Below, in pieces: positions 38,988 through 51,460 of a stretch of DNA of 64,000 bases. Source of the DNA: Eremomyces bilateralis CBS 781.70 (Eukaryota). How positions within the stretch are numbered: position 1 is the first letter of the stretch; every line of letters begins with the position of its first letter. The stretch lies in the NCBI GenBank assembly GCA_010015585.1, contig ML975150.1; one strand, 5' to 3'. The position numbers and the translations under genes were made by a program. The notes under the pieces are model-generated. The model was given only the letters and a program-made list of their open reading frames with translations, did no database searches and had not been told where the DNA came from.

Positions 38988-40017
38988 ATGTATCCCGCCC
39001 TTAAACTCACCTTATTTGCCTCGTTGGCGGTAGCTGTCCCACCAAACCTCGAGAGGAGGCAAGGAATTACCTCTAACGAGGTCGCGGATGGACAATGCAA
39101 GTCTGTCTCCTTCATTATGGCTCGTGGGTCGACGGAAAGAGGAAACATGGTTGGCCTTCCTTCTTATTGCTTCATTGAAGCTGGCTTCGGGACTTGAGCT
39201 AAGACCAACGCAGGGAGCTGTCGTCGGAGGGCCTCTCTGCGCAGCATTGAAAGAAGCAATGAATGGAGACGTTGCCTGCCAAGGTGTAGGAGGTGGTTAC
39301 CGCGCACAACTCGCCCCAAATGCCCTCCCAGAGGGTACCGATGAAGCTTCGATTCAAGCGGGCATCGACACGTTCAACCAAGCTGTCCAGAACTGTCCTG
39401 ACTCAAAGATCATGTTCGCGGGCTACTCGCAGGGCTCAGCCGTCATGCTCAATGCGGTGCCGCAGTTGGACGCCGCAGTCTCGAATATGGTTGTTGGGGG
39501 GGTGTTCTATGGATACACGAAAAACGCGCAGAATAACGGGGAGCTTCCGGGATTTCCACCGGAGAACTTGGAGGTCTTCTGCAGGCAGGATGATGGCGTT
39601 TGTGATGGGAACCTCAGGGTTACCGCAGGCCATCTGGCGTACGGTCGAGATGGGACTATTGAGGAGGGAGCGCAGTTCTTAGTCGACCGGATGGCTGCCG
39701 CTGGTGGTGATGCTGCCGCTGGTGGTGATGATACTGCGGGTGGTGATGATACCGCCGGTGGGGACGCTGCCGCTGGGGGCGATGCTGCCGCTGGGGGCGA
39801 TGCTGCCGCTGGGGGCGGTGCTGCCGCTGGGGGCGATGCTACCGCTGGCGGTGATGCTGCCACTAGTGGAGGCGCTGCCGCTGGTGGTGCGGCGACTGGC
39901 AATGATACCGCCGGCGGTGCTGTCGCGAATTGTGCGGCGACTGGTAATGGAGCAACTGGTGCTGCCAATAATGGCGGTAGACTGCGAGGATTCCTCAATC
40001 GATTTTCGGATAACTAG
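38988..40017 (+). CDS. Secreted cutinase (CE5) with Gly/Ala/Asp repeat tail, intron 39150-39213
   Basis: Signal peptide, ARGSTERGNMG, catalytic GYSQG and C..DDGVCDG...GHLAY; tail of GGDAAA units. Confidence 0.95.
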
Positions 40018-40322
40018 ACGTAGTAGCCTTAATTTGTTAAAAGTTTTGGCGTGTCGTCAATCACGGAAGCAAATGGGATTCCTGTTCAGAGGCAATGTGA
40101 TGCTTGTATTTTGTGAAAGGTAGAATACGTCGCAGGTTAGATATACCCATGCTTATGTAAGCTACATGTGCGATAACCTGTGATTTCCAACATAATTAGA
40201 GTGTTGTGATTTTAAGTGGCTAAGTTTCATGTTTGAGTCGTTGACTTCTTTTAAACTTAGATGACTTGAATTGGACTTGTTAGTGATGTCAAGAGAAGAC
40301 TCTGCCTTAACTGACCTTACAG

Positions 40323-40817
40323 GGCAACCTTGACGAGAGTGAAGGCCACCAGCATAAATGGCTTAAAATTTGACAGAGCCTATTAAGAACGCCTAGAACA
40401 GTAATGTAAAATTAAAAGGACCTGGAAGACTTAGATACGCAGCAGCAGAACCCCCTGAGAATTACTCAGAGGTAAGAATGCTGGAATATTCTTGCTGACT
40501 AGTTCTCAGCCTCATCCCAGGCTCACACTGGGTATCTGTGTTCCAAAAAGAAATGAGGAACAGAATGGATCCATGACTCGAAGCAGTAATGGCTGAAAGA
40601 CATGTCGATCTCCTTGGAGACATAATGTCGCCACTGCACGACGAGAGGATGGTGCTACACATTGGCCGCTGCATGTCATCCCAAATTCAGTTGTTTGACG
40701 GAAGAAAACGATTGATCTTCTACAACCCGGAAGCTCGGGGATGCTGAGACTGTTGAACAACCTTTAGGGTATCTTTTCCAGCGAGAGCGCATTTCCGGTG
40801 ATGTCACCATCAGCCGG
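40323..40817 (+). pseudogene. Spliced pseudogene remnant with degenerate C2H2 zinc finger
   Basis: Splice sites at 40322, 40472-40509 and 40818 keep frame. Reading TGA as CGA gives C-RD-C-RTTFRVSFPARA-H-FRRC-H. Confidence 0.5.
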
Positions 40818-42686
40818 GTAAGTACGATCGAAGTCTCGTAATCCTGTCTCCTCATCGGTGCTCATAAATCCTTGCTCTTAATATCTCGCCAAGGATACAC
40901 CCGATTCCTGATATCGGTTCGGATGTGTCATATAGACCGGCCTCCACTGTTCGCCCAGTGGTGTCCTGATGGATGCTGCCGACCATTTTGAGATCAACTG
41001 TGGCGTGCATGCGCATGTGCAGCAGAGATCATAACCGACAAACTTAAACTGAGGACTAGACTAAATGCCTAGAAGAGCGGAGATGACTTCGGTTAAAAGA
41101 AATAATTCGTAAAAAATAATGAAGCAACGAGTTACAACGTCCAAGTGTAACTTACCCCGCTCAGCGCTGCCCAGTCGTCGAATTCCTTGCCAATGTAGGA
41201 AGGTTTCTCCGCATTCAGGCTATTTGAAAAAATATATGGTGATAATTAAGAAGCTGGTTGGAAATTTGGGTCACATCCTACCGGGCGTACATAATGACGG
41301 TCAGGATTGTGTTCGATCACTGCCGTATCTAGCTCGGAGCCTTGGGGAGAGTTTCAGTTGAACTGCTCAATCCAAAGTACCAGTGCAAGGGGATTGCCAA
41401 ATTGCATTTGGATCTTTGATGCCGCTTCCGGGGAAAATCTAATTGACCGTATCTGGTTGAAGTTGAGGTTTGTCACTGAGCGCACTTCAGGTCCGGTGGA
41501 GAATCAACCGGCGCACTTTGAGTTAATAAAATGTCACCGGGATGGTTCGAGTCGCTAGCTACTCAAACATCCGAAATTGCCATTCCATGTCTTTCATCTG
41601 CGAGACCTGGAGAGTGGACGGCAAAGAGGAGAAAATATGAGACATCTTTGAGCCTCATCAGTTGATACAGCAGGTCCAGTAGCTTGATCGTGAGCTAGTC
41701 AAGTGAGCGCATTTGTAGCCTTTGAAACCATTCGAGTTCTTCAGCTGAGCACAAACCAAGAACGTCGCAATACCTTACAACCAAGGGATTCATATCCGAT
41801 GCGACCGGCATAGCTAGGAAGCCCCGGCGATGCGCATTTTGGCATCTGACAAACAAATTTTGCCATCATCGCACGGAAGGACGCCGGCAGTTGGGCTTTC
41901 ATCCCTTCAAAGGTATGCTGTGGTCACCAGAGGAACACCGAATGCCGCGATGACCCTAGCTACCTCCGCGCGAGCTTCCGTCGGATAAGCACAGAAAGCA
42001 GAGCTTTCTGCGGAACATCTCAACAAGTTCAGACCAATCCTTGCAGGTTTCTTAGTTGAAAGTCCGGGGTAGCTTGATATGACGATATAGCAGAGGGTCT
42101 AGGTACCATATTTCTCCATCCAAATGACGGCGTTGCATTCAACGTTGTGTGCGGATGCCACCCCAGACCCATCGCTGTCGGCGGAGATCGTTGCGGTGCC
42201 ATGCCGATGTTTCTGGTAATTGCAGGATTAGATAATGGCATGACCTTGGCTACGTTAGTCTCTCCGTTGCATTTGAAGCCGGGACGGATTCGGAGACACT
42301 GGGGAAGTGAGGAGGATATATAGCTGCAGGAAGCCCTTGCAGGTTGTGCATGGCCGCTCTCACCCTTTTTTCAAACTGTGACATCAATTTTGCACCGAGA
42401 GAAGGTGAGATTTAAAGAGAGGAGACATGTCAATGAAAAGACAATCGGTTGTTATAGCAGTGAATGTCATTCATCAGGTCAATTCCGAGCATCGATTTCA
42501 CCTTGCATTTCCAGTTTAGTTTCTCGCATCGCATCGCATCGCATCGTCCATCACCATAATTCAACGGCTTTTCGATACAGATCGACCTTATATTGATCGA
42601 CAGACTTCGTTTCATCAGCATCGATTTTGAACAAACGACGTCAGGTCTGTGTAGTTGTCGAGCCAACGCCGAACGGGACGATCGGG

Positions 42687-45600
42687 ATGTGGCTTAAACA
42701 AGCCTTGCTGGCCCTCGGCGTGGCGTCCACTAGCTGTCTCACGCAAACGGTACGTGCATATGGGCGTTCAGGGGCAATCAAAACATCATCAGTCCATGAC
42801 ATCAATACCGCATGCAGAACCTCCTCAGGAATCCTTACTTTCATTTTGTCACCTCCGTTTAGTTTCTTAAGGATGGAATCTTTACGCCATGCTTTGGTGT
42901 CCTATCTTCCCCCTTCCGGTGATATTGATTCTAGTCATTACTTTACCCATCGTTCTACGGAACCGGGATGATGGGAACCCCGCTGATGTAAAGAGTCTCT
43001 CGGTTCTTCTCTTTGCGCGGTTGGCATATGTTGTCCTGAGCAATTGACACTGACTTTCCCTTAATCAGTCCGGAAATGGCACTTCTCCGAATCCAGACCA
43101 TCGGGGTCCCCTCTGGGGAGTGAGCTCTCCACCCTTCTACCCCTCTCCATGGATGGATGGTTCTGGAGGCTGGGAGGAAGCATATCGCAAGGCACAAAAG
43201 TTCGTCAAGCAGTTGACGTTGCTGGAGAAGGTGAATCTCACCACGGGAGTCGGGTATGGCGCTACAAACCTTTTCGTGCTCTGAACACGTTGCTAAATAC
43301 CCGGCAGATGGCAAGGCGAGGAATGCGTGGGCAACGTCGGCGCAATCCCCCGCCTAGGATTTCGTTCGCTCTGCATGCATGATGCCCCTTTGGGTGTCCG
43401 AAATGGTGCGAATCGCTCTACATGCACAGCCGAAGATCTATGCTAATCATATCGCAGTCGACTATGTATCGGCTTTCTCTGCTGGCGGCACTGTCGCTGC
43501 GTCCTGGGATCGACAACTCTTTCGACAGCGCGGCTATATGATGGGAAGCGAATTTCGGGACAAAGGTATCGACGTGCAACTCGGCCCTGTTGTCGGCCCT
43601 CTTGGACGCATTCCCGCAGGCGGCCGAAATTGGGAAGGCTTCAGTCCCGATCCAGTCCTTTCGGGCGTTGCTGTCGCTCAAACGGTCAAAGGGATTCAGG
43701 ATGCCGGGGTGATTGCCTGCACCAAGCATTACATCGTGAACGAGCAGGAGCATTTCCGCCAAACCCCAGAGGCTGCGGGCTATGGATATAGCATTAAGGA
43801 GAGCTCGAGCTCGAATCTTGATGACGTGGCTATGCATGAGTTGTATCTCTGGTATGGTTCCTTACACATTAACTATGCTCCTGGTACTAACTTTTCCAGG
43901 CCATTTGCTGATGCCGTACGAGCTGGAACCGGAGCGATCATGTGCTCATACCAGCAGATCAACAACAGCTATGGGTGCCAGAACAGCTACACCATGAATT
44001 ATTTGTTGAAGGGCGAACTTGGCTTCCAAGGCTTTGTCATGAGCGATTGGCAAGCGCAGCATTCAGGAGTGTCCTCGGCTCTTGCTGGGATGGATATGTC
44101 CATGCCTGGTGATACGAGCTTCCTGACGGGAGTTTCGTACTGGGGTACCAATCTCTCAGTCGCTATTCTCAATGGATCCATCCCTGAATGGCGTCTTGAC
44201 GATATGGCGACGCGTGTTATGGCTTCTTGGTACTATGTCGGTCGCGACAAGACCTCAATCCCCACCAACTTCAACTCATGGACTCGCGATACTTTCGGTT
44301 TCCGACATGAGTACGGTCAGACCGACTATGGTCTGATCAATCAGCATGTTGATGTTCGCGACGAGCATGGTCGAGGTATTCGAAAACAGGCAGCTCGATC
44401 CACCGTATTGCTGAAGAACAAAGGTGTCCTTCCTTTAACGGGGAATGAGAAGTTCACAGCCGTCTTCGGCCATGACGCCGATGATGCGCCGTGGGGTCCG
44501 AACGGATGTCCCGATCGCGGCTGCAACAAAGGGACATTGGCTATGGGATGGGGATCCGGAACAGCGGAGTACCCGTACCTAATCAGCCCATTGACGGCGA
44601 TCCAGGCCAAACTCCTCGAGAACGACAAGAACATCCAGTTCGTCACCGACAATTATGCGTACGGTAAAATCGCCTTTGCTGCCCGCCAGGCTTCTGTCTG
44701 TATCGCTTTCGTCAATGCAGATAGTGGAGAAGGGTATATCTCCGTTGATCGAAATGAAGGAGACCGCAAGGATCTCAAACTATGGGCGGACGGCGAGACG
44801 TTGATCCAAAAAGTCGCTGCAGATTGCAATAACACCATCGTCGTGATCCACTCAGTTGGCCCTGTTATCGTCAGCTCTTTCAAGGACAATCCCAATGTTA
44901 CAGCGATACTTTGGGCCGGCCTTCCTGGACAGCAATCCGGCAACTCCATCGTCGACATCCTCTACGGAGATGAGATTCCCGGCGGCAAGCTCCCATTCAC
45001 GATGGGAGCCAAACGTGAAGACTACGGCGTCGACATCCTTTACGAGCCTAATAATGGCGATGAGGCGCCTCAAGATGAATTCAACGAAGGCATCCTCATC
45101 GACTACCGCTACTTCGACAAGATGAACATCGCTCCAGATTATGAATTTGGTTTCGGCCTCACTTACACCACCTTCACTTACTCGAACCTCCAGATCCAAC
45201 ACCACCGCGTCGACCCCTACAAACCCACTAGAGGCCGGACCAACCCTGCCCCCTCCCTCTCCGGCAACGGGACTAACGGAACCGTCGATCCTTCCACCGC
45301 GCAATGGCCTGCCAACCTCACCTACGTCCTCGGCTACATCTACCCATATCTTAACTCCACCGACCTCGGCACCGCCGCTGGTGGCGCAGACTACGGCCTC
45401 CCCAACGACGAATACCTCCCACCCCACGCCACCGACGGGTCCTCGCAGCCCAAGATCCCCGCCGGCGGAGCGCCCGGCGGCAACCCCGCCCTGTACGACG
45501 TGCTATTCACCGTGCGCGCGACAATCACGAACGATGGCGATGTGCCGGCCGAGGAGATCGCGCAGCTATACGTGTGTCTCGGGGGTCCACGCGATGCGGT

Positions 45601-45796
45601 GCGGGTGCTCCGGGGCTTCGACCGGGTGAGCATCCAACCGAAGGGGTCCGCTGTGTTTGAAGCGGACTTGACGAGGCGGGATCTTAGTAACTGGGATACG
45701 GGCAGCCAGAACTGGGTGATTACGAACTTTACGAAGACGGTGTATGTGGGGGGGAGTAGTCGGTCGTTGCCTTTGAAGCAGGTGCTACGGTTCTGA
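42687..45796 (+). CDS. bglA: Secreted GH3 beta-glucosidase (BglA/Cel3 type)
   Basis: Signal exon, [38 protein letters not shown], nucleophile GFVMSDW, ADSGEG and an FnIII-like C-terminus. Confidence 0.97.
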
Positions 45797-48700
45797 GGGG
45801 GGCATAACGGATGGGATGATCAATGGCTTGCTTTGGCGGATCGGGTGATTAACCGAACGGATGGATATGAGCGATAATATTCCCGCTAGCGCCCAGATAC
45901 GCTGATAGGACATAATAATAATGAGAACATTTTCCTTTCCGTAATTGAACATTCCACCAAGCCTGCATGTCCGTCTATTTGTTCATGCATTGATTTGATA
46001 CGAATCTTGATGCCCTATGCTATAAAATAGGCCAGTGGTGCATAAAGGGAACCTTTCTGCCCCAAATCATCACGAGCGTAGCTGGCACGTGATCTCTCCT
46101 TCCTAGAGTACAATGTATAGAATCACCCCCTGTAGGTTTATTGATCAGGGTATTCGTAATCATTGGGAGGAAAGGCGTAAATAGCTGAATCGCTCAAAAA
46201 CAACATCTTCGCAACGGGTGCATACTTCCTAACTAGGATATCAAATGTTCCCCTTTTCTAATCTGATCGTCTGATCGTATAGTGATGTTTTGATCCTGAT
46301 CTCGCGCCACATAACCAACCACATTCCGGAAATCCTTTGCATCCACGCCACCCAGCTATGAACTCTGTCCCTACAGCGCCTCCTATGAAGGAAGCGGAAT
46401 TGAGGATGACGATCCGATTGCCCGTCGGATATCCTACACTATGTCAACACCGTGCGATTGATTCAAATATTGTAAACAAACCTCTGCCGTGATATGCTGG
46501 TTCTCCCTCTGTACATCCTCCTTCCGGAACCTCATCGTCTCGCTCTCCGTGCGAGGGTTCAAATCCTGCAAGTCGAATGGAGCCTCAAACATGATCCCTC
46601 TAAGGCTTTTCATATGGGAGACTGCCACGTAGGTCGGGCCAGGCGCGAACTCCCGCTCTGAAATGTCCAGCACAGCCCGTTCTAGAGTCATTCCCTGCGA
46701 CTTATGCGTTGTAATAGCATAGGCGATGGTCAGCGGGAACTGTGAACGTGAGTAGGAAGTATTCTCGATATAGAACTCGCGGCGTGATAGGAGGATTAGG
46801 ACCAAGCCAATGCCGCCTACGTCCAACGTCGGTCCATCATACCGATCGAATTAAACGAGGAGTACGGAAGGAGGATCCTTATAGATATCAGCACCAGCCT
46901 GCCAGCTAATATCACGCACTGTTCCCATCGCACCGTTCACCAAGCCTCGTTCGGTCCAGAGATTCTCTGTCAACATAATACGGGTTCCCAGCGCCATCGG
47001 AATCTCTGAATGGAGACTCCCTGCCTCATTGGTCGGAACTTTTTCTGCCTTTGCCCCTCCTTCGTGAATTGCTCGACATATCATAACAGGAGAATGGAGA
47101 TCGCGTAAACGATGGTAGTTATACACAGCGACAGGCGCTTTCTTACCGAAGATACGGAAAGTGTCCCGGAAAGATGCTACCTCCTCAGAAGGAAGCATGG
47201 TCTGTACTCGTATACTAAGCAGTGTCCAGTCGTCACGAGTTACAGAGCCCATCCGCAGGTGATAGAGAGCCTGGCGGAACTGAATCGACTCAACTTCATT
47301 ACCCTGCTGCCGCACGACTTTATCAAGTTTGATCGTTCGCTCGAATTGGTAGTAGATATTACGCCCATGCCGTTCATCTATATTTAGATGGTTCTTCTGG
47401 TTATAAAGAGCAGTTGCCAAGACCGGAGGAAGCTAGAAGAAGTCGCCACAGAGGAGAATACAGAGACCACCGAAAGACTTATATATACGCCAGAAAGATT
47501 TCGCGACAACGACGGTCAATATAGGAGAGCTGGCGAAGACCGATCATAGATTTTTCGTCGATAATCAGATACCATATACCCCGGAAAGTGGCCTAAGCGG
47601 CTTGAAGAGCAGCCGGCCGGAGGGGATCGAGAGAATTGATATTCTGAACAGGAAGACGAAAAAGAGTATGTAGTGTCGACGCGGAGAGACTATGAGCTGC
47701 GACGCCCGTAGGCGCGGCACGAAGAACAGGGTTCGGTAATCCATGCCGTGATGCCGCCTCCTGGAGATGCGAGGAGATCAGCTGAATAACAAAAGACTTC
47801 CCTGTACCCGCCTCGCCATCAACGTTAATCAGAAGCTGAGGCCCAGGGGTGCCTGTCGCAATAACGTGTGCAAAGTGGGTCGTCAGGATATCGTATGTTA
47901 TACGTTGTTTAGCGTTCAGCTTTTCAACGGTATCAGGTGCGAAGGGAACAGCTTCATGAATATAGGGATACTGGGCCTTCGCAGTAGCCCACCACTCCTT
48001 CGTAATCTCATACTTCCCGACATGGGACGCCTAATCGTACTCACGGTCAAGAGGTCGTTGACCAAGGGTATCTGGGTCCTCTAGTACGGTTCTATCGCGA
48101 CCAGGCAGCTGACCGGCGAGCTCATCCCAGCTCCCTTGCTGATCCTCCTCCTCATTGGCACCTTCTTCGAACTCATCCTCGTCCGCAAGAATAATAGGGT
48201 CGTAATGATCCACCGGATGGTTATGCTGACCATTCACGCAAGACGCAGAATACGCCTCAGAATACAACGCAAAAAGGGGACCATCAAGCTCGGGCCGGAG
48301 GAGGTCATCTATACGGCGAAAGGGGTGATATAGCATCAGTTTAACGCGATACCAGTCTTCGCGGGTATCGCCGACCGATGAATACCGGGGGAAGTAATTC
48401 AACGCCCGTTCCTTCCCTTCTCCTCTCTTCCGAATTAAGTTACCCGTGCGAATTCATAGCAATGTAGAAACTCAAGATAGGAAATGGCTTTAAACGCTTC
48501 AGGTCGTTGCTTATACTTTTAAAGAGGGGAGAGGCCGCTCTGGATAGTCCCATCGTCCTGGATTTCAATTCCTTGGGGCTGCTCCACCGCGGGCGACAAT
48601 CGACGGAAATCACCACGCGTGAAGAGACTTGGAGGGGGAGATCAAGAAGAATATGGGAAATCTCCTGGGCTGACCAATCCCGCTCACCAATCAGACGATT

Positions 48701-50628
48701 CATGATCTTCGTGGTCAGCGAAAGGAATGACCGGCGCGTATGTTCGGGAACGACCGTTAGGACATGTTTCAGGATATCGTGAAAGGTATCCGTCTTCTTC
48801 TCTAGTTTTATCATCGTTCCGGATACCGCGAAAGTTGAAGAACCCAGGGTTACTTTCGTCCTTCGTAACCACAGTCATATCCCGGGTCCGCCACGGGGCG
48901 TAGAAACGACACTCCTTCCGGTCAGTACATTTATTCGTGCGGAGGCAGTACGCATCAGTGCAGTGGTACCTCTGTACACGGTTAATGATGGCGGAGTAAT
49001 GGGCCAGCATATTCTCCTGGGTATTAGGACTTAGCGCGATGGCACTCCGCTTATCCTCTGGTCGTACCCGACGAGAAGGTTCGGGGTTCAACGCCGTGAT
49101 ATGACCGCCCCAGAACCGCGCAAATTTCTCAAGGGTAGCAGGGAGATCCTCCCTAGGGATACGATCAAGCTCGCTGTTAGGGCAGGCACGGTCTAACCAG
49201 AGAAGGAAATGTGAGTGCGACGAGCCGCGACCTTGCCACTCGTATCGGCCCCATTGATCGCGGAGGTTAAACTTAGGATTCACCAAGGTCTTAAATAGAG
49301 CCTCGCAGCGCCGATGAAAGAGGAATGCGGCGATGTGGGGATAGTCTCGGAGGTTGCGGCGTGATATTGAGATCCGCTCCGCTGGAGATCCATTACGCCA
49401 CTCCTCATATAAGGTAAATGACGCTGCAGATCATTCCAGTGGTAATCGGCGGCCGACAGCGTCAAAAAGACATTAGGAGATTCGATCCATTGCACGGTAG
49501 CTTCAAGCTGCTTGCCACGCCCAATCCAATAGGGCCGTGTGCCGCGTAGACTCCCCGAAAAACGGACAATAGAGTTCAGCAGGGCCTGGGCTTCAGGAGA
49601 GTCATCCGCAAAGGCAGCATGGAGGTCTTCAAGAGATAGATCACTCTGCTCAGGACGTTGACGAACGAAGTAAGATATACGGGTACTGACCTGTTTCCGG
49701 AAAAGAGTATTGAAAAGGACATATCGTAGGCGTGGATGCTTCGCAAAGCGACCATCGTGGAACCTCATCAGATGCTTAATATATTCATGATACTCTACCT
49801 TCCGGAGACGGGGATGAACAAAGTCCCCAACACCGCAGGGGAAGCAACTTGGGAACGCCAGGCTTAGAAGAGCCTGAGAGTGGTTAAACTCAGATAGAGG
49901 GGTCAATCTAAACTCAGGCATCGTCAGATGCTCACGTCGACGTTCCTAAGCATCATCGACATGCTGACGAAGTCGCTCCGTCTTAGTATAGGGCTCGAGG
50001 AGATCCGGGACTACGACGACGTATTCCGCCTCTTCTCCTGTATCATCATCGCCACCTCCTAGCTAAGAATCCTCAACAGTCTGGACGCCGACCTCGTCCA
50101 TAATACTCTCATCAATAGGAAGATACTGTAGGCGACTAGGGTCGACGGCGACATCGCGATATCCAGGGTGGTGAATCTTTAGATAGGTTAGCCACTGCTC
50201 ACGACAGATATCTAGGGGGTTAAACCTTGAGATGGGTTAGCCACTGCTCGATGACAGTACGGCGAACACGGTAGTCCCGTCGAAACTGGCGCTGCATACG
50301 GGGATCCTGATCCCAATTCGTAGGGCGAAGGACGACGATCTCTAAGTCTTTCGGAAGGAGAGGTAGTCGATTGTATACGCGCCCCACGTCTCTCATAAAG
50401 TTGATAATATGGCCTGTATAACGGTACTGAAGACCGTTAACCTTTCGAACCTCTACAGCACAATGGACACGGGCGATAAGGAGCTCCTCTACTTGAGATA
50501 ACTCAGGAAGATTGTAATAAGACGGGCCTAGTCCAAGATTTAAATGATTCTCTGCGGAATACAGCGGTAGTAAATCGCCACGTTTCCTATCGTCGGTCCT
50601 GCATCGATGACATATACCATCCACGAGA

Positions 50629-51129
50629 TAGGGCTGGACACGAATAAGGATTTTGGCTATTCGTATTCGACTTTTCCTCTTGAACGATTATTCGTATTCG
50701 ACTAAGTTTTGAGACGTTTTATTCGTATTATTCGCGAATATTCGTAAATAATGCCAAGACTTATTCGGCAAAAGCCGAGCCAATGAGTGAATGCCCAGCA
50801 GTCGCGACTTTTGTTTACCCGAACACGATGTGGAGGATTTGAGCTCTAAGAGATACAAAGCATATCAATAGCGTCGAATTGATCACTCCTGACGATTCAG
50901 CAAGCCAAGTGACCCCAGCTCAAAGCTCTCTGTCGACCATCTCTCCGATGCGAGATACATGGAAATAGCTTCAGAGATGGACGAATAATTACGAATAATT
51001 ACGAATAATTACGAATAATGCGAATATTATTCGTACGAATATTAGTAAGCGGAAATTCTAAATTTTATTCGTATTCGACTACGAATATTCGTACGAATAC
51101 GAATAGTCGAATATTCGTGTCCAGCCCTA
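50629..51129. mobile_element. 501-bp non-autonomous hAT-type element (MITE) inserted in the Helitron
   Basis: 18-bp TIR TAGGGCTGGACACGAATA; 8-bp target duplication CCACGAGA at 50621-50628 and 51130-51137; many subterminal TATTCG/CGAATA repeats. Confidence 0.95.
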
Positions 51130-51324
51130 CCACGAGACGCATATCAAACCATTTCTCGTCACATTGGGCGCAGTGCTCGAGGTTTAAACTAGCCATCTCG
51201 CGGTGGAAGGCCTTAACGTATGCCCAATCCTGCTCGGAAAGATTGGCATCCTGGATGCTGAAATCCTGGGACCGGGGATCGAGGCGAACATCTCCGCGCT
51301 GAAGTGCTTCTATACAACCATTAT

Positions 51325-51460
51325 CTCGCTGTTGACGTGTACGATTACATTGCTCATCTCTCCGTTGACGTGTACGATCGTTTTGCTCATCTGTCCGTTG
51401 ACGGGTACGATCGCTTTGCTCATCTGTCCGCTGACGGGTACGATCGCGTTGCTCATCTTC
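51325..51460 (-). repeat. 33-bp coding tandem repeat (about 4 copies, DEQxDRTRQRT) in the Helitron N-terminal region
   Basis: Repeated ttgctcatctgtccgttgacgggtacgatcg units. Confidence 0.9.

Noticed and set aside
35953..45796. HET, cutinase and beta-glucosidase as a functional gene cluster or Starship cargo
   Set aside because: No biosynthetic backbone gene, no tyrosine-recombinase captain and no element boundaries are visible.
50629..51129. Reading the MITE as Tc1/mariner with a TA duplication
   Set aside because: TA is part of the TIR; a perfect 8-bp duplication flanks it and its removal restores the host ORF.
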